Shown here: positions 26,626-44,062 of the stretch, piece after piece
How positions within the stretch are numbered: position 1 is the first letter of the stretch
How the letters are laid out: every line of letters begins with the position of its first letter
Assembly (NCBI GenBank): GCA_964016885.1
Contig: OZ024750.1
Span: 27,094,001 to 27,158,000 of the forward strand
Origin: Eledone cirrhosa
Taxonomy: Eukaryota
Reading direction: 5' to 3'
DNA: 64,000 nucleotides
Notes under the pieces: generated by a model
The model's input: only the letters and a program-made list of their open reading frames with translations
Told to the model about the DNA's origin: nothing
The model's database searches: none
Made by a program: the position numbers and the translations under genes

Positions 26626-27085
26626 GTTCGGAAAAGACTGTTTTTGGTAAAAACAGGAGTAAGCAGGAGAAAGCTCTCAGCAATCGTTGTTTTAGTTACG
26701 ATGGCGAATTTTATAAAAAAATAATAAAATAAGATGCTGAGGTTATATATATCATTTAATCATAATAACAATTTCTACGGTTGTCCATGCAATCGAGATG
26801 TCCTTCATGTATTTGCTGTTGATTATGAGAACGGTTTCCACTGATGATGATCGATATATTTGATATGCCGCCGACAGGAAAACACACCTCCTAATGCCTG
26901 TGCGCCCAGCATACATATGAGTTTCTTGAAGGGTTTGCCAGCCGTCGCGTTTGTTAGAAAAAGCTATCACCGAAAAAAGAGGAAAAGAACGAAGAACCGT
27001 GTGCAATCAAAGCCCATTAGACAGTTGAAGGAACACAAGGAGCTCTGAGGAATTAAACGATATATGTAACCTCAGCATGTTATTT

Positions 27086-27208
<123 letters not shown>

Positions 27209-27393
27209 AACAGAACTGCAGTTCTGTTTGCATGCCGACACAAGAGCAAGAATGAAGGGTTCATTCTACTGACATGGCTTAAAAGAGGCTGTTTGCATAA
27301 TTGCAAACGAATCGAATATTGTTATTAATATTCGAAAAACTCAGATTACATGTATTCTATTCAGCCATGTAGAGCGATAACTAGTTGTTAGTT

Positions 27394-27465
<72 letters not shown>

Positions 27466-27608
27466 GTTCATACACGGAACAAAATCGCTACCTAATGTTT
27501 TAAAGGCCCATTATTGACCCTGTCTCCAGAATGTAAGAGGGATCGAAATTGTTACCTAATCTTCATACGCTTATACGAGCTTTTCACACCTACATATATT
27601 TTCTACAT

Positions 27609-27678
<70 letters not shown>

Positions 27679-28419
27679 GGTAAAATTTGCCGTTCTCAAT
27701 AACGGGCACAAAAACGTATTTATTAAGGAAAAGGAAAACAAAAACCTACTATCAATTGCTAGTGACCTTCGCGGTAAAGGCGAGAGAATTTTGACAAATT
27801 AAGAATTAATTTCACAGAAAATTAAATGTTAGTACTCAGTGCGAAATATGTAATCGTTGGATACCAGCAATGTTACAGATGCGTGCATGTTTTGCTGTTT
27901 TGCTCTTCTTAGTCCTCATCAGCGAAGCGTAATCTTCTTAAGCCTGCTTTGATCAATTAGAAAAATAGTTATTCAGATGTGGGGCCAGTGAAGTTCATAA
28001 TTCCGCAAAACTATTTTTTCATAAGTTTCCTTTAATTTGACTATTGTGTGTGATTTTACCAGCAAGTTATGTAAAAATAAATTGATGACGGCTCTCAGTC
28101 AGTTTCGACGATGAGTATTCACTCGTTCGATCAACTGAACGCCTATTTGTGAATTATTTTGTATGTGGTTGAGTATACCACAGATATATTTTGTACAATA
28201 CAAGACCTTTGAATTCTAGGTACAATAACTTCGATGAGCCTTAACACAGTTTCCGTCGACCCAACTTCACTCACGAAGTTAAAGATGACCCAAGACTATG
28301 CTAAAAGCACATGAGAAAAATATAAAGCCATGGAATCGAACCCGGAACCGCATGGTTTGATCCCAACTTCTAAACCTCTCAGTCAAGCTGCATGAAATAA
28401 AACAAAAAATAAATTATTC

Positions 28420-29010
28420 TTTTCAAGATTCAACACTCATCATCCTTAACCTAAATCTATGACAGATTAATGATTTCAATCAAAGAATGAATCGTTGTTC
28501 CATTAAATAACCACCACTCCTCACACGGAAGTCTTTCATCTTGTCGTCTTATATATTTTATTATTTATAACTGTCCTTCATTACAAAGACCGTCATTGAT
28601 GTTTGAGGTTTCTCTTGTTATAATACTTCCTGTCGCTCTCTTGCTACGGTTTAGTTGTTGTACCAAACAAACAAACTAACAACCTTTTACTTCAATTACA
28701 TACATCGTGTCAGTTGTTACATTACTTTTGCTACTGGAACCCTCCACGACCACCACCACTGTTACTACTACAACTTCACATTGCCACCACCTCTTTATAT
28801 ATATATATACTATATATATTTTTCCAATTCCAACCTTCCCGTCCCTTTAATCTACCTTATTTCTCATTCTTTCTTCTGGTGAAGGGCTAGCGTCCGAAAC
28901 ATTAAGACCCTCTTCCTGCTATTTCAAGCGTTAACCTAATATATTCCTTCCATATACTGTAGCGATTGTGTTGTTATTTCTGTTTACCTTTTACATAAAC
29001 ATAAACATAT
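28420..29010 (+). mobile_element. Penelope-like 3' fragment with a degenerate minimal hammerhead (28872-28907)
   Basis: tctt-CTGGTGA-agggctagcgtcc-GAAAC-att-aaga, followed by a pyrimidine-rich tail and (TA)n. Confidence 0.5.
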
Positions 29011-29431
29011 ATATATATATAAACTTTAAGAGATGTAAGCAAGAGGAATTAACTATAGGATCTTACGAGTGAGGTTTACTAAAGCAAAGATAATAAACAA
29101 TTTAACGTTAAAGTCTTTCAAATGAGGACGGCAACCATTAACAGATACACGATATCGTATAAGGCAATGTAGATTTACGTTTTGTCAATTTCGTGATACG
29201 AATAAAAGGAAGTTAGACGGTTGGAAGTGAAGATAGGAGACGCAGTCAAAACTGAAAAGTAAAAGGAATAGAGACAGCGCCCGGGTGGAGGTTGGTACTG
29301 TATGAAAAGAGGAGAGGAAGAAACAGGCAGGCGAATAGACAGGCAAAGAGAAAATGGGGAATCAAAGGAGGGAAATCAAAGCAGAGGTAGACAGTGAAAG
29401 CCGCTGGAGCAGCTATGTGGTACGAATTACG

Positions 29432-29480
29432 AAGAGAGGGAGAGAAAGATAGTGGCAGAGAGAGAGAGAGAGAGAGAGAG

Positions 29481-29546
<66 letters not shown>

Positions 29547-29725
29547 AGTGGGAGAGAGAGAGAGAAGGATAGTGAGGGAAAGAGAGGGAGAAAGATATAG
29601 AGAGAGAAATATAGTGGGGAGAGAGAGAGAGAAGGATAGTGAGGTAAAGAGAGAGAGAAATACAGTAGGAGAGAGGGAGAGAAAGATAGTGAGAGCGAGC
29701 AAGAGAGAGAGAGAGAGAGAGAAAG

Positions 29726-29762
<37 letters not shown>

Positions 29763-29888
29763 AAGATAGATAGATAGAGAGAGAGAAAGATAGATAGAGA
29801 GAGAGAGAAGGATAGTGGCAGAGAGAGAGAAAGAAGGATAGTGAGAGAGAAAGAGAGAAGGAGAGAGGGAGAGAAAGATAGTGAGAGC

Positions 29889-29950
<62 letters not shown>

Positions 29951-30018
29951 GAGAGAAAATATAGATAGATAGAGAGAGAGTGAGAGAAGGAGAGAGAGAG
30001 AGAAGGAGAGAGGGAGAG
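29432..30018. repeat. Compound (GA)n-rich tract
   Basis: (GA)n with recurrent gatagtg interruptions. Confidence 0.95.
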
Positions 30019-30364
30019 GTTGTTTCATAGAATCATATAAACTTTAAGTTGTAAGAATCTTATCTGTATCTCATGTTTGAAGCTAGTAATTCACACCATC
30101 GCTATTTAGTTTCCCTTTGCCCCATACGATCTTTCAGGCGACAATAAAATGAATGGTGAAATTAGGTGTAATTTAAGTCCCTACGGGGCAGTACATATGT
30201 TATTTTGATTGTACACACCAGATTATCGATGGGATAAGGATATGCAATTGATTTGTTTCGGAGTTAGTTATTGCCCAATAACAATTTATACAGTATATAC
30301 TGCAGATACACGCAAACACTGTCGCAATGCATTTGAAAACCCAAACAAAGGCATTTATATATAC

Positions 30365-30448
<84 letters not shown>

Positions 30449-30760
30449 AACGAGTAGGACCCCGACGGCTGAGCTCAAGCCGTTTCGACGGCTAATAAAC
30501 AAATAGTAAAAAGGAAAAAAAAATCAGTAGAAAATGCTGGAGAGATTTTTTATCTGTATAATATCAAAACACTTATTTATAAACCTGGTATTTCCGCATT
30601 TAATAGTGGTACCGGTTTCAGCATTATATGCTTTATCAACTGCTGATGTGCATAATGCAGTTAAGTTGCATATTCATACGAATGATAATAAGAGGAAGAA
30701 AAATCAATAGCTTTTACATACATATTTAGAGAGGAGAGTATTAATTTCTGTCCTTGGTTG

Positions 30761-32025
<1,265 letters not shown>

Positions 32026-32151
32026 TTCTGCACCTGCGTATTCGTACAATTGTTTTTCCTTTTTCTTACAACCTCATTCAAACGGAATTGATGATCCGAA
32101 TAAAGTGAAACAATTTTTCTCAGAAATGGTGAACTAATTTTTGTGGAACTA

Positions 32152-32200
<49 letters not shown>

Positions 32201-32627
32201 TAGAGGTGTATATGATATAATACGTTTATATACGATAAACATACAGGTGGTGTCCTTGACGAAGAAAATTCTTTTTCTCATCGAAACGAAAGAAAAATTA
32301 TTTTTCTATATTTTCCCCTGTGAATGTATCACCTGGCAACCCGGTGATATATTCACAGAAGAATATATATAACACAACAGAAGAAAACATATATATAGCA
32401 CAAGGTTGTCAAAATCGGTGTAAATGTTGTTTGTGATATCTCATGAAACAAATGTTTAGTGAAGTGTTGATGAGAGAAAATATAATCCTTCAAGAAAAGT
32501 GATTTAGAAAGAAAGAGAAAAATAAGTAAATATACAGAAATAAAAGAGAGAAAGAAAGAAGGAAAAAGAAAATATAAGGAGATGAAGAAACACATTTCTA
32601 AAAGTTAAGAAGGCCAAATGATAGGCT

Positions 32628-33146
32628 AGAGGTTCTCAAGGAGCCACCGCTCCCTCCCGGCCCCGTTATACCCTCAGCAACCCCCAACTCTGTTTCCAGA
32701 AAGAACTGCCAACACGCAAATTGGAAATAATATATAATAATTAAAATAGTTAATTTATATATAATTGTTTCTACTTCTGGGACAAGACCAGCAATTATTC
32801 CAGTGTATTACTGGTACTATATTTTATCGACTCCGCAAGGATGAAAGGCAAAGTTAGCCTCGGCGGGATTTGAACGCAGACCATAAATGGTCGTAACTCT
32901 TTGCTGCAAAGCATGGCGTCCGACCTTCTACCGGTATTGCCAAATATAATATATACTATGTATAAATAGATATAATATTTTTTTAATTATTTTACTATAT
33001 GATATGATATGTATCGTTTGATAATTAATATACTGTTATATCATTTTACCATCCGCCTTCCCACCACTACCTCTTAGGCCACAGTGACCTCCTCGAAATT
33101 CTTAACGCCCCCGAGGGATCTGTAACGCCCACTTTGAGACCCTCTG
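32628..33146. mobile_element. hAT-like MITE with a nested SINE (32762-32943, -)
   Basis: Ends agaggttctcaa / ttgagaccctctg. Confidence 0.55.
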
Positions 33147-33691
33147 TGATCGACGAAGGCAAAATAAAAATCGAATTGAAAATCAGAGGCGAAGGCTAAA
33201 TAACAGACGACGGTGATTTATAGCGATATAAAAAATAGGGTAAAGAAATATGAAACAAGAAATACGAAACAACAAGAAATATGAAACAACAAGAAATATG
33301 AAACAACAAATACAAAAAGCTGTATTGATTGGTGAATAGAATGTTCTATGTAAATGTTTTCTCTTTAAATAGGAAGTGTTACTTTGAGTATATTGGATAA
33401 ACTAGATCCTGAAATACGATAAAGGGGACTGTTGTGTTGACGAGGAGGTGATGAAATAGCTGAGGATATAACTTCCACGTGGGTCTATAAATACCGTATA
33501 TATATACGCATGTATATATGTTTGTAAATATACGCATATACATATGCCTATATATATATATATATATTTCGTTTCTGAATTTGTTTAGCAAGATTCTTTA
33601 TCTGAAATCGTGTGTTGAAACCGATATTGTTATACTTTGGGAGGGTCATGTGCGTGTGTTTCTTATTGGCAACATGACCCTCCCAAAGTAT

Positions 33692-33815
<124 letters not shown>

Positions 33816-33943
33816 ATATATATACACACACACTTATATATATGTATGTATATATGCATATATATGTATATATCTATATATATGTATATATATATGTATA
33901 TATACATATATATATGTATGTATATATATATATGTATACATAT

Positions 33944-34061
<118 letters not shown>

Positions 34062-34075
34062 ATATATATGTATAC

Positions 34076-34145
<70 letters not shown>

Positions 34146-34155
<10 letters not shown>

Positions 34156-34441
34156 TACTTGAATCAAAGTTCTGTTCAAATCATTTATTCGCTTACAATT
34201 GTTCCTTCCAAACTGAGGTTTGGAAGGAACAATTGTTAGCGAATAAATGATTTGAACAGAACTTTGATTCAAGTAATTTCTATATAACTGCTCTGTAGAA
34301 CAACTGATGTTATTACATTGAGCTATTTATCTTACTGGTAATAAGGTAGTAATAAATTGCTGTCTTTCACTGTTTAGGGTTTAAAATATATATAACTATA
34401 AAAGGTTTTAGTATATACATAACCATAAATAGTATCCTTAA

Positions 34442-34445
<4 letters not shown>
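34146..34445 (+). mobile_element. CCGAAGA-family element folded back at the hammerhead stem II loop
   Basis: Arms 34146-34213 vs 34218-34286, axis ccaaac-tgag-gtttgg; family tail runs to (TA)n. Confidence 0.8.
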
Positions 34446-34540
<95 letters not shown>

Positions 34541-35018
34541 CACATATATATATACATACATATATATATATATACATATACATGTATATATATATGTATA
34601 TATGTATGTATATATGTATATATACATGTGTGTGTGTATATGTGTGTGTAATGAATATAAGGAGAGAACAAAGAGCTACTTATAAGCTGTCGACTAACAG
34701 GATACTATTCTGTTGGTAATATAGAAATGTTAGATTTAATCGGCCAGTTCTTAATCCAGAAAAAGGAAAAGATGATATCCTATGTTTTAGCTGACTTTTG
34801 TATATTACTTACTAGTAATTCTGAGACTTGTATATCTTTGATAATGCACGTACGTGTTATATTATCGAAATATGACATAATATGATATATCTGTATATAT
34901 AGCACATATACGCGAACACTGTTGCAATATATTTGAAAAGTGAAACACAGAAGAATTTGACATACACATACACACACATACACACATATATATATATATA
35001 TTTATATATATATATATA

Positions 35019-35345
35019 CAGTTTTCCCCCGGTATTTGCAGGGGTTATTTTCCTAGAGTACCCGCGAAGATTGAAAAACCGCAAATATTGAACCTGGTTC
35101 ATAAAAATACCTATAAACGTCAAAACATAATATAAAATATAGGCCGACAAATACGACATAGTGTTATTAATATTTTAGCGTTAAAAAGCGAGAAACAATA
35201 TATATTACCACGAAAAAAGCCATAAAAATCGCGGAAGATATTTACGATTCCGCGAATATGCGATGGTTTCCACGAACAATTATTAGTTAGGTTCCAAGGA
35301 AAATTCCGCAAATAACCGGGACCGCGAATGCCGGGGGGTACACTG
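35019..35345. mobile_element. Tc1/mariner (pogo/Tigger-like) MITE
   Basis: TA|CAGTtttcccccggtatttgc ... gcgaatgccggggggtacACTG|TA. Confidence 0.8.
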
Positions 35346-36463
35346 TATATATAGTATAGGTAAAGTTTCATACACTTAACATGTATGTGCTACCATTGAT
35401 TTCGGGTTCCTAACTGGGCCACCACTGTATAATGGAGGAGGTACTTTTAAACTGGTTCTTCATTCGGGCACGTGGACAAACATATGAAAAAGGGAAGTTG
35501 TTGTCCCCCGACTAAAACTTTCTCCGAACGGTAGAGATTTATATTTGAAACAAGGAATGCAACCCTGGTTTAAAATCTGTTTGTGTACGAAAATAGACAG
35601 AACACTCCTTTGGATAAATTTTTATCAATACTTCGATATTTGGAGTACCCATATTTTAGCTCAGATGACTAAAGGATTTACTCATTTTTTACGGCCTAAT
35701 TAGGTTAAAAAAATAACGGGATGTGATTTTTATTAGCGTTCAATGAATACTAAGCTTTAATTAGGTAAGAAAACAAACAGTCTCTGGTTAAAATAATCGC
35801 ATCGTCCTCTTATTGTAAGTTAAAAGAAAACATAGATGCACAATAATAGAAACTCCAATGCCAAACTAGCGGTAATCACTGACAAATGATTCGTCTACTT
35901 CAAAATATTGTTTTAGGTTGAAAGTATGTTAACTTAGTGTAAGCTCAGTCTTAGTCTTAGGTCCTCCTATACCCTGGGGCATATTAAGCAATGACTCTTC
36001 TGCAATTTACATGATCGGCATCTTGCGTAGTTTTCCATCTTGCAGATATTCCCATCTTGCGGAGTTTTTCAACTTGCGTAGTGTAAGCTAACATACACTT
36101 TAAAATTCAAATTTTCTCAAAGCTTTGTGAAACGATTGTTTCTTTGTTTAGAGTGATTCATGCTTTAATTCGATAATGCTTTTGCAGGTTTAAACGTACG
36201 TTGTAATACTGTTAGGTGGTTAGATTAAAATATTGGGGTTTTTTTAAAGAATTATCCTAGAATATTTGCTAATGAGTTAAAACAATGTAACCCCTCTAGT
36301 GTCCCACTGATGTTAACTATGAAGATCTCGCCATAGAAATGCAATATTTACTGTCAGTAAATCTATTAAAGTTTGGAAAACTTCAACTAAAACCTTTAGA
36401 TTTCCTAGATTCATTAACTTCCAACTCTGTGGAGTATTTCCTGATATTTTTGTTAGTTTAGAA

Positions 36464-36756
36464 CAGTGGTTCCCAACCTTTTTTAGCTCATGGCCCACTT
36501 TGAACCAAGAAGTTTTCTGTGGCCCGTGATAATTATTATGGTATAAAAAATTACCTCTATTTTACATAGAATATATCCAATAAAACGACTGTATCTATTT
36601 ATTGGACACACACAATTTCACAAGCATCTAAAATATTTCGCGTATCCAATAATATGACCATTTATTATCAATATTTATTTTTACAATTTTTCTGTGGCCC
36701 ACCTGAAATTTGCCTTGGGCCATTTTAGAAATGTGGTCATAGGTTGGGAAAGACAG
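36464..36756. mobile_element. hAT-like MITE
   Basis: cagtggttcccaacc ... ggttgggaaagacag; internal tggccc repeats; TSD degenerate. Confidence 0.65.
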
Positions 36757-37065
36757 GTATAAGATATTGATGGCTGTTGATGTTTCAGCAGAAATATCGT
36801 TCAGTAAAGTCAAACAAAAAGTCTGTCTGCAGCTCAGCGACTCATTAGGCCGGAGCTTATCCTTGTTTTCGTGGCATAAAGCGATTGAGAGTACAAGACA
36901 GGAAGCCAGGCAATAGCTGGTAGTTATTTTTAGCTGCGTGAAATGAAAGTGCTTTACTCAAGAACACAACACATTTTTTAGTTTCAGAAGATCCCGTTAA
37001 TGTTGAAAGCAGCGATTCTTTGCTTAAACTTCCTTTCTTTCTCAACCCCTCTCCCTTTTTTCTAA

Positions 37066-37158
<93 letters not shown>

Positions 37159-37208
37159 CCTCTACAGAATGGAGAACAATAAAGAACGCGCAGATCTCTC
37201 TCTCTCTA

Positions 37209-37266
<58 letters not shown>

Positions 37267-37753
37267 TCTCTCTCTCTCCCTCTCTCTGTCTTTATATATA
37301 TATATGTGTTTGTATGTGTGTGTGAACCAGCATTCGTCGCCATTCTCACTCTCTCTCTCTCTCTATCTCTCTCTATTTGATTATCTTGTACCTCTCTCTG
37401 TATAACGACCTATCTCACTCTCTCTCTCTCTTTACATCTCCCTTTCTCTATTTAGATGTATATGTATATGTGTGTGTGCGATATATATATATAGAGAGAG
37501 AGTTGCAACATATATGTAGTTTCATAGATTTTTGAGGGTAGTAGTGAGAGTGAATAAGCGTGTAAGAGAGAGGGTTACAGCATGTATTTAGTTTTATCGA
37601 TTTTTTTTCCATAGAAGCAGGAATTTTTGGCAAAGTTTATTACGCGTTGACGATCGTTGGCAAATCTGGAGCACATTGGAAAAAAAATCATCGAAATCGG
37701 TAGAGATATGTGGAAATGCATAAAAATCATACACACACTGAAAGACATCTTCC

Positions 37754-37792
<39 letters not shown>

Positions 37793-37940
37793 ATAATAAT
37801 AAATTTGAAGACTAAAATCCAAAGCGGGCTCGATAAGGATAAATATATATCAAATATATAAGAATCGTTGGTTAGTTTCAGAAGATCCTGTTAAGGGTGA
37901 AAGCAGCGATTCTTTGCTTAAACTTTAATCTGTTATTTTA

Positions 37941-37985
<45 letters not shown>

Positions 37986-38210
37986 AAAGAATAGAGGTGT
38001 AACACACAAGTTATTATATATTGGTAAACGGAATAGAAAATGCTGACAAATTGTTCACAGTTGAAAAATGGTTTAATTAGGAATAAAAGAGTATTAGTAA
38101 TTGTATGGGTTAGTATTCAGTTGTGGTTTTAAGTTTTTAAGTTTTTACCGGTTGCGCATTTCTAAATGCTTTTCAAAAATAATTTTGAGATAGAGTGTCC
38201 GTGTTGTTTG

Positions 38211-38256
<46 letters not shown>

Positions 38257-38334
38257 TGTGTGTGTATGTGTTTGTGCTTACATATATATATATACATATA
38301 TATATATATACATGTGTATCTGTGTGTGAATTTG

Positions 38335-38469
<135 letters not shown>

Positions 38470-38791
38470 TTGTGCTTGCATTTCAATCTATATTTTCCAT
38501 GGTAATTTCTACTTGAGGCACGAGTTATATATTATCACATTTAACATCTTTTCTAGTCAATTGAGAGAGAGTGGTGGAAGGAGGATCTAAGGAATTTCAT
38601 TATAACAGACACCTTTGGATATATTCAGGATAATTAAAACCAAGTCGCTGGGACGAGATTGTTAATTTGCCGTTGACATATATATATATTTATATATAGA
38701 TGTGTCTGTGTGTGTATGTATGTGTATATATGTATATATATATGATGGATATATGTATGTGTATGTATTTGTATATATATATATGATGTAA

Positions 38792-38857
<66 letters not shown>

Positions 38858-38871
38858 GTATATATATTTAT

Positions 38872-38923
<52 letters not shown>

Positions 38924-39268
38924 ATGTGTGTATGTATGTATGAATGTATATGTATGTGTGCATGTAAACTTTCATATTTGATGCAAAATCCTAAAGTGTG
39001 TGACCTGCCTCCCAAGTGGATAGCAAAGATTATATTTGAAAGTTCACCAGACAAAGATGACATCAAGGATGAAAATGGAGACGGTTTTCTTTTTCCTTAA
39101 TTTCGTAAAGTCTAAAACCCTATATTGAATGTGACGTTTTGGGACGCCCAATCTGAAGGGAGCGTTTCAATTTCAAATCAGAAGAGTTCGTGTTTCAATT
39201 TTTCATCTTTTTTTCATTGGATTTTCAGTGAAGTGTATTTCTAAATTGCCTATAGTACGAAAGTTGAT

Positions 39269-39308
<40 letters not shown>

Positions 39309-39439
39309 GGGGGGGGTATGCGTGTGCGTGTGTGTATATGCGTGCGTGGTGGTGGATGTCTATGGATATCCGTAGATAAAAGGCCAAGGAAAACAAGGGC
39401 CAATCTATTTTGTCCTGGCGTTCAGTATTGAAACAGTGG

Positions 39440-39690
39440 TGACCATAACTTGGACTAAGAGATCTGTTACTTCTCCGAATTAGTAGATCACAGCTCCGAT
39501 ACTATGGGCATGGTCCTAGAATGTCTCAGGAAAGAAACACTGCACACATTTTACGCGTAAAACCAACAGGAAGGAGACCTAGGGGTAGACTCAGAGCAAG
39601 AGGGTTGGAAAACATCCTTGAGCTTGGCTGGTCACACTTGGTGATCCAGCCGGATCAGTTGGAGACGATTGCTTCTGAGAGGACCCGGTA
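39440..39690 (+). mobile_element. RTE LINE 3' fragment; same family at 43590-43955 (+) and 60430-61330 (-)
   Basis: SQLRYYGH..RMSQER...KPTGRRPRGR.RAR; copies at 43.9 kb and 60.4 kb end in (GAA)n. Confidence 0.75.
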
Positions 39691-39726
39691 AATTTTCAAA
39701 TATTTCAAATCATCCGGTTCTTCCAC

Positions 39727-39872
<146 letters not shown>

Positions 39873-40584
39873 ACAGCCAAATCTATGCCTAATCACACCT
39901 TACCATGTTTAAACAAAGGTCTGATTAATTGTTGTCACAGTTCAGAGATATACTATACTTGAGAAAGAAAACAAGAGGTGGTCACGGCTGGAATTCCTTT
40001 CATATTAACATATATAATCTGCTCAATCTGGATTGATAGGAATCTAATGAGAACACAACAACAACAGAAATTGTTGATGCTATTATGTTAAAAAGAGTTC
40101 AAAAAGAAAGAAGGAAAGAAAGAAAGAGAGAAAGAAAGAAAGAAAGAAAAAAGAAAGAAAGAGAGAGAAGAAGAAAGAAAGAAAAAAGAATGGAAGAAAG
40201 CAGGAAGGATAAAAGAAACAACATATGAAATTGAAATAAAGAAGAAAGTGTTTGTTGTTATCAAGTTTCCGATTTCACGTATAATTGTTTCAATAAAGGG
40301 AGAGAGATTAAAAGTTTGTTATATTATACTTTTGTATATCAAATAACTGTAATAAGATGGAGATTAAGTAATCAAATCTATTATAATAATTGTTTCTACA
40401 TTGGGAACAAGGCCAGCAATGTGAAGAGAGAAGGAGAAAGTCGATTAACTCGACCCCAGTGCGTTACTGGTACTTTATTTTATCGACCCTGTAAGAGTGA
40501 AAGGCAAATCTAACTTTGATAGTATTTGAACTGAGAACGTAAAGGTCCAGAACTATATTCCGCAAAACATGGTGATCGACGCTG

Positions 40585-41650
40585 TTGTCGTATGGTCAAT
40601 ATTGATGTCATATGGTCAATATCCATGTCGTATGGTCAATATTGATCTCCTTTAGGTTTATATCGGTGTCCTATGGTCAATATTGGTGTCGTATGGTCAA
40701 TATTGATGGCCTATGCTCAATATCGATGTCGTATGGTCAATATTGATGGCCTATGGTATTTATTAGTGTCATAACGTCAATATTGATGTTATATGGTCAG
40801 TATTGATGTCCTGTGGTCAGTATTGATGTCCTATGGTTAGTGTTGATGTCATATGGTCAGTATTGATGTCCTGTGGTCAGTATTAATGTCCTTGGTCAGT
40901 GTTGATGTACTATGGCCAGTATTGGTGTCTTATAGTCAGTATTGGTGTTGTATGGTCAATATTTGTTGTTGTATGGTCAATACTAGTGTCCTATGGTCAG
41001 TATTGATGTATTGTGGTCAATAGTGGTGTCTTATGGTCAATATTGGTGTTGTATGGTCAATATTAATGTTGTATGGTCAGTATTGATAACGTATGATCAG
41101 TATTGATGTCCTATGGTTAGTATTGATGGTGTATGGTCAGTATTGATATCCTATGGTCAGTATTGATATCCTATGGTCATTATTGCTTGTGCCTAAAGTA
41201 GAAACAATTATTGATATCCTATGGTCAGTATTGATATCTTATGGTCAGTATTGATATCTTATGGTCAGTATTGATGTCCTATGGTCAATATTGATATCCT
41301 ATGGTCATTATTGATATCTTATGGTCAGTATTGATGTCCTATGGTCAATATTGATATTCTATGGTCATTATTGATATCCTATGGTCAGTATTGATGTCCT
41401 ATGGTCAATATTGATATCCTATGGTCATTATCGATATCCTATGGTCAGTATTGATGTCTTATGGTCAATATTGATATCCTATGGTCATTATTGATATCCT
41501 ATGGTCAGTATTGATGTCCTATGGTCAATATTGATATCCTATGGTCCTTATTGATATCCTATGGTCAGTATTGATATCCTATGGTCCTTATTGATATCCT
41601 ATGGTCAGTATTGATATCCTATGGTAAGTATTGATGATGTATGATCAATA
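40585..41650. repeat. 20-bp minisatellite (tattgatRtcctatggtcaN); mirror array at 53395-53945
   Basis: Roughly 50 units on the left and 27 on the right. Confidence 0.95.
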
Positions 41651-41848
41651 TTGTATTGATTAAAAAGAATCTGATTCAGCAACATCTGGGATGTTACGTT
41701 TTTAGAGATAAAAATAGCGTAATACACACATATGTGTGTGTGCGTACATATATACATACACATACATACATGTATATATATATATATATACATATATGGG
41801 TGTTTGTGTGTGTCTGTAATGTATATAATGAATACATATTTATACACA

Positions 41849-41900
<52 letters not shown>

Positions 41901-42190
41901 GCATAGCTGAGTCAGTTAGCGAGGCGAAGCAACTACAGATGTGGGTAAGGGTTATTCGACATGTGCCTAAATGATAATAGACACCCTCTGAGCTGTCAGA
42001 AATCATCTACTCATTAGGCACCAAATGTGTCGGGCTGGTGGGTAGAGCATCTTAAGTATACAAACCATATAACCGCCACATAGCGCATAGTTAATTTTAA
42101 TAATATGTGACGTATGAATGAATATCAATGAAAGTGTAAATATTTTGCTACAATTTCATGGATCTTCAATCATCCTAATATTATTATTAA

Positions 42191-42223
<33 letters not shown>

Positions 42224-42269
42224 TACTACTACTACTGTGGCTGCTGTGCTGCTACTACTACTACTACTG

Positions 42270-42350
<81 letters not shown>

Positions 42351-42694
42351 TGTTTATCACGGTATGCAAGGCATGGCCTACACTGAACACACACATGCAT
42401 CTTCTTCAGTGTCATGTAATTAGATATGTTTATGAGAGTATGACTTTTAATGATGACATAGGCACACACTCACTAACACACACACACACTCACTAACACA
42501 CACACACTAACACACACACACACAATTTGTATTTACTGTTGTGGTACATGTATGGCCACTCTCTTGGTCGTTTTTCTTGGTGTCACACTTTTTAACTTTG
42601 AGTTCTAATAACTGGTGAAACCCACTGAAATAATCCATATCCTTAATATTAAAACTAGACTCAAATATATTTAAACCCTGAAATTATCCTTTAA

Positions 42695-42916
42695 CCCTTT
42701 AGCTTTTAAACCGCCCGTATCCGGCCAGAATTCTCTCACCTGTTTCTGTTTAAACCTGCTGTAACTGTCCACTCATACTGATTTAACGGTATTGTTCTCA
42801 AAATAAATAATATCAAAATCTCATAGAGTCGATATTACGTGAGATAAATTATTTGAGGTAAAGCCTTTACCATGAAAATATAATTGTAAATATAGAGTAA
42901 TGTAAATACTAAAGGG
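42695..42916. mobile_element. piggyBac-like MITE (mirror at about 51497-51707)
   Basis: TTAA|CCCTTTAG ... CTAAAGGG|cTAA; the mirror copy retains TTAA at that end. Confidence 0.65.
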
Positions 42917-43988
42917 CTAAATTAATCCCAAACTTTCTATAATCCAACAACCCGCTTAACGGACAAATAAATCCAAACAAATGAAATAGCATTAAACTAT
43001 GATTCCAACCAACCCTGTACTTGCCAAATAGAAAACTGGAACGAAATCAAGTTACAAAATAAATAAGTGATTATCAATTTGAAACCACATAGAAACTTTC
43101 CGAATACAACATGAATAAATTAATCTCTCCGAAGCAGCACAGAAAAAGAACATGCATGGAGTTTAAAGCCAGTCAACCGGATTTAACTATACTTAAACAG
43201 CATGAAATAATTGTTTCTACTTTAGGCACAAGGCCAGCAATTACCCAGTGCATTACTGGTACTTTATTTTATCGACCCCGTAAGGATGAAAGGCAAAGTC
43301 AACCTCGGCGGGATTGAAATAATGTATATTGAAATGAAGCTAAACTACAGAGAACTGCTTCTCTGGTTACCCGATGCAAAACGCCGAATAGGACGTCAAA
43401 ACATAACCATCAGGACTCCATTGACGAGTGTCACTGGCCTCACTGAACAGGATCTTCTTGCTGTGATGAGAAATCGGGAAGTCTGGAACAAGAACTTTAT
43501 GCATGATTCACCTTCAATAAAGGGGTAGCTCAACACAAAAGAGAAAACAGACACTTATATTAAACAATATAAATCCTCGCCGACTACATCAAAGTTTCAT
43601 AGACCGAGTTTTAACTGAAGGGTCTTTGGAGTAACGTTACTCGATACAGTGTGTAGCTCGGAGATCAGAGTGTTACTCCAGGTAGAGCCGTTAATTTTCC
43701 GAATTGAGAGATCACAGCTCTGATACTAAGGGTATGTGGTTAGAATGTCTCAGGAAAGAATTGCTGGACAGATAGATTTTATGGGCAAGACCAACCGGCA
43801 TGAGACCTAGAGGTAGACCCAGAGCAAGATGGTTGGATAAAATCAATGAGCTTGGCTGGTCTCGCTTGGAGATCCAGCCGGATCAGTTGGAAACGGTTGC
43901 TTCTAACAAGTCTGCCGAAAGAAGTGTTTGAGGACACTGTCCCCATGACCCTCTCAAGAAGAAGAAGAAGAAGAAGAAGAAGAAGAAG

Positions 43989-44062
<74 letters not shown>

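Noticed and set aside
40585-41650. CRISPR-like array or repeat protein (ORF 53462-53875 in the mirror)
   Set aside because: Contiguous 20-bp units with no unique spacers, eukaryotic context, and a unit length not divisible by three.
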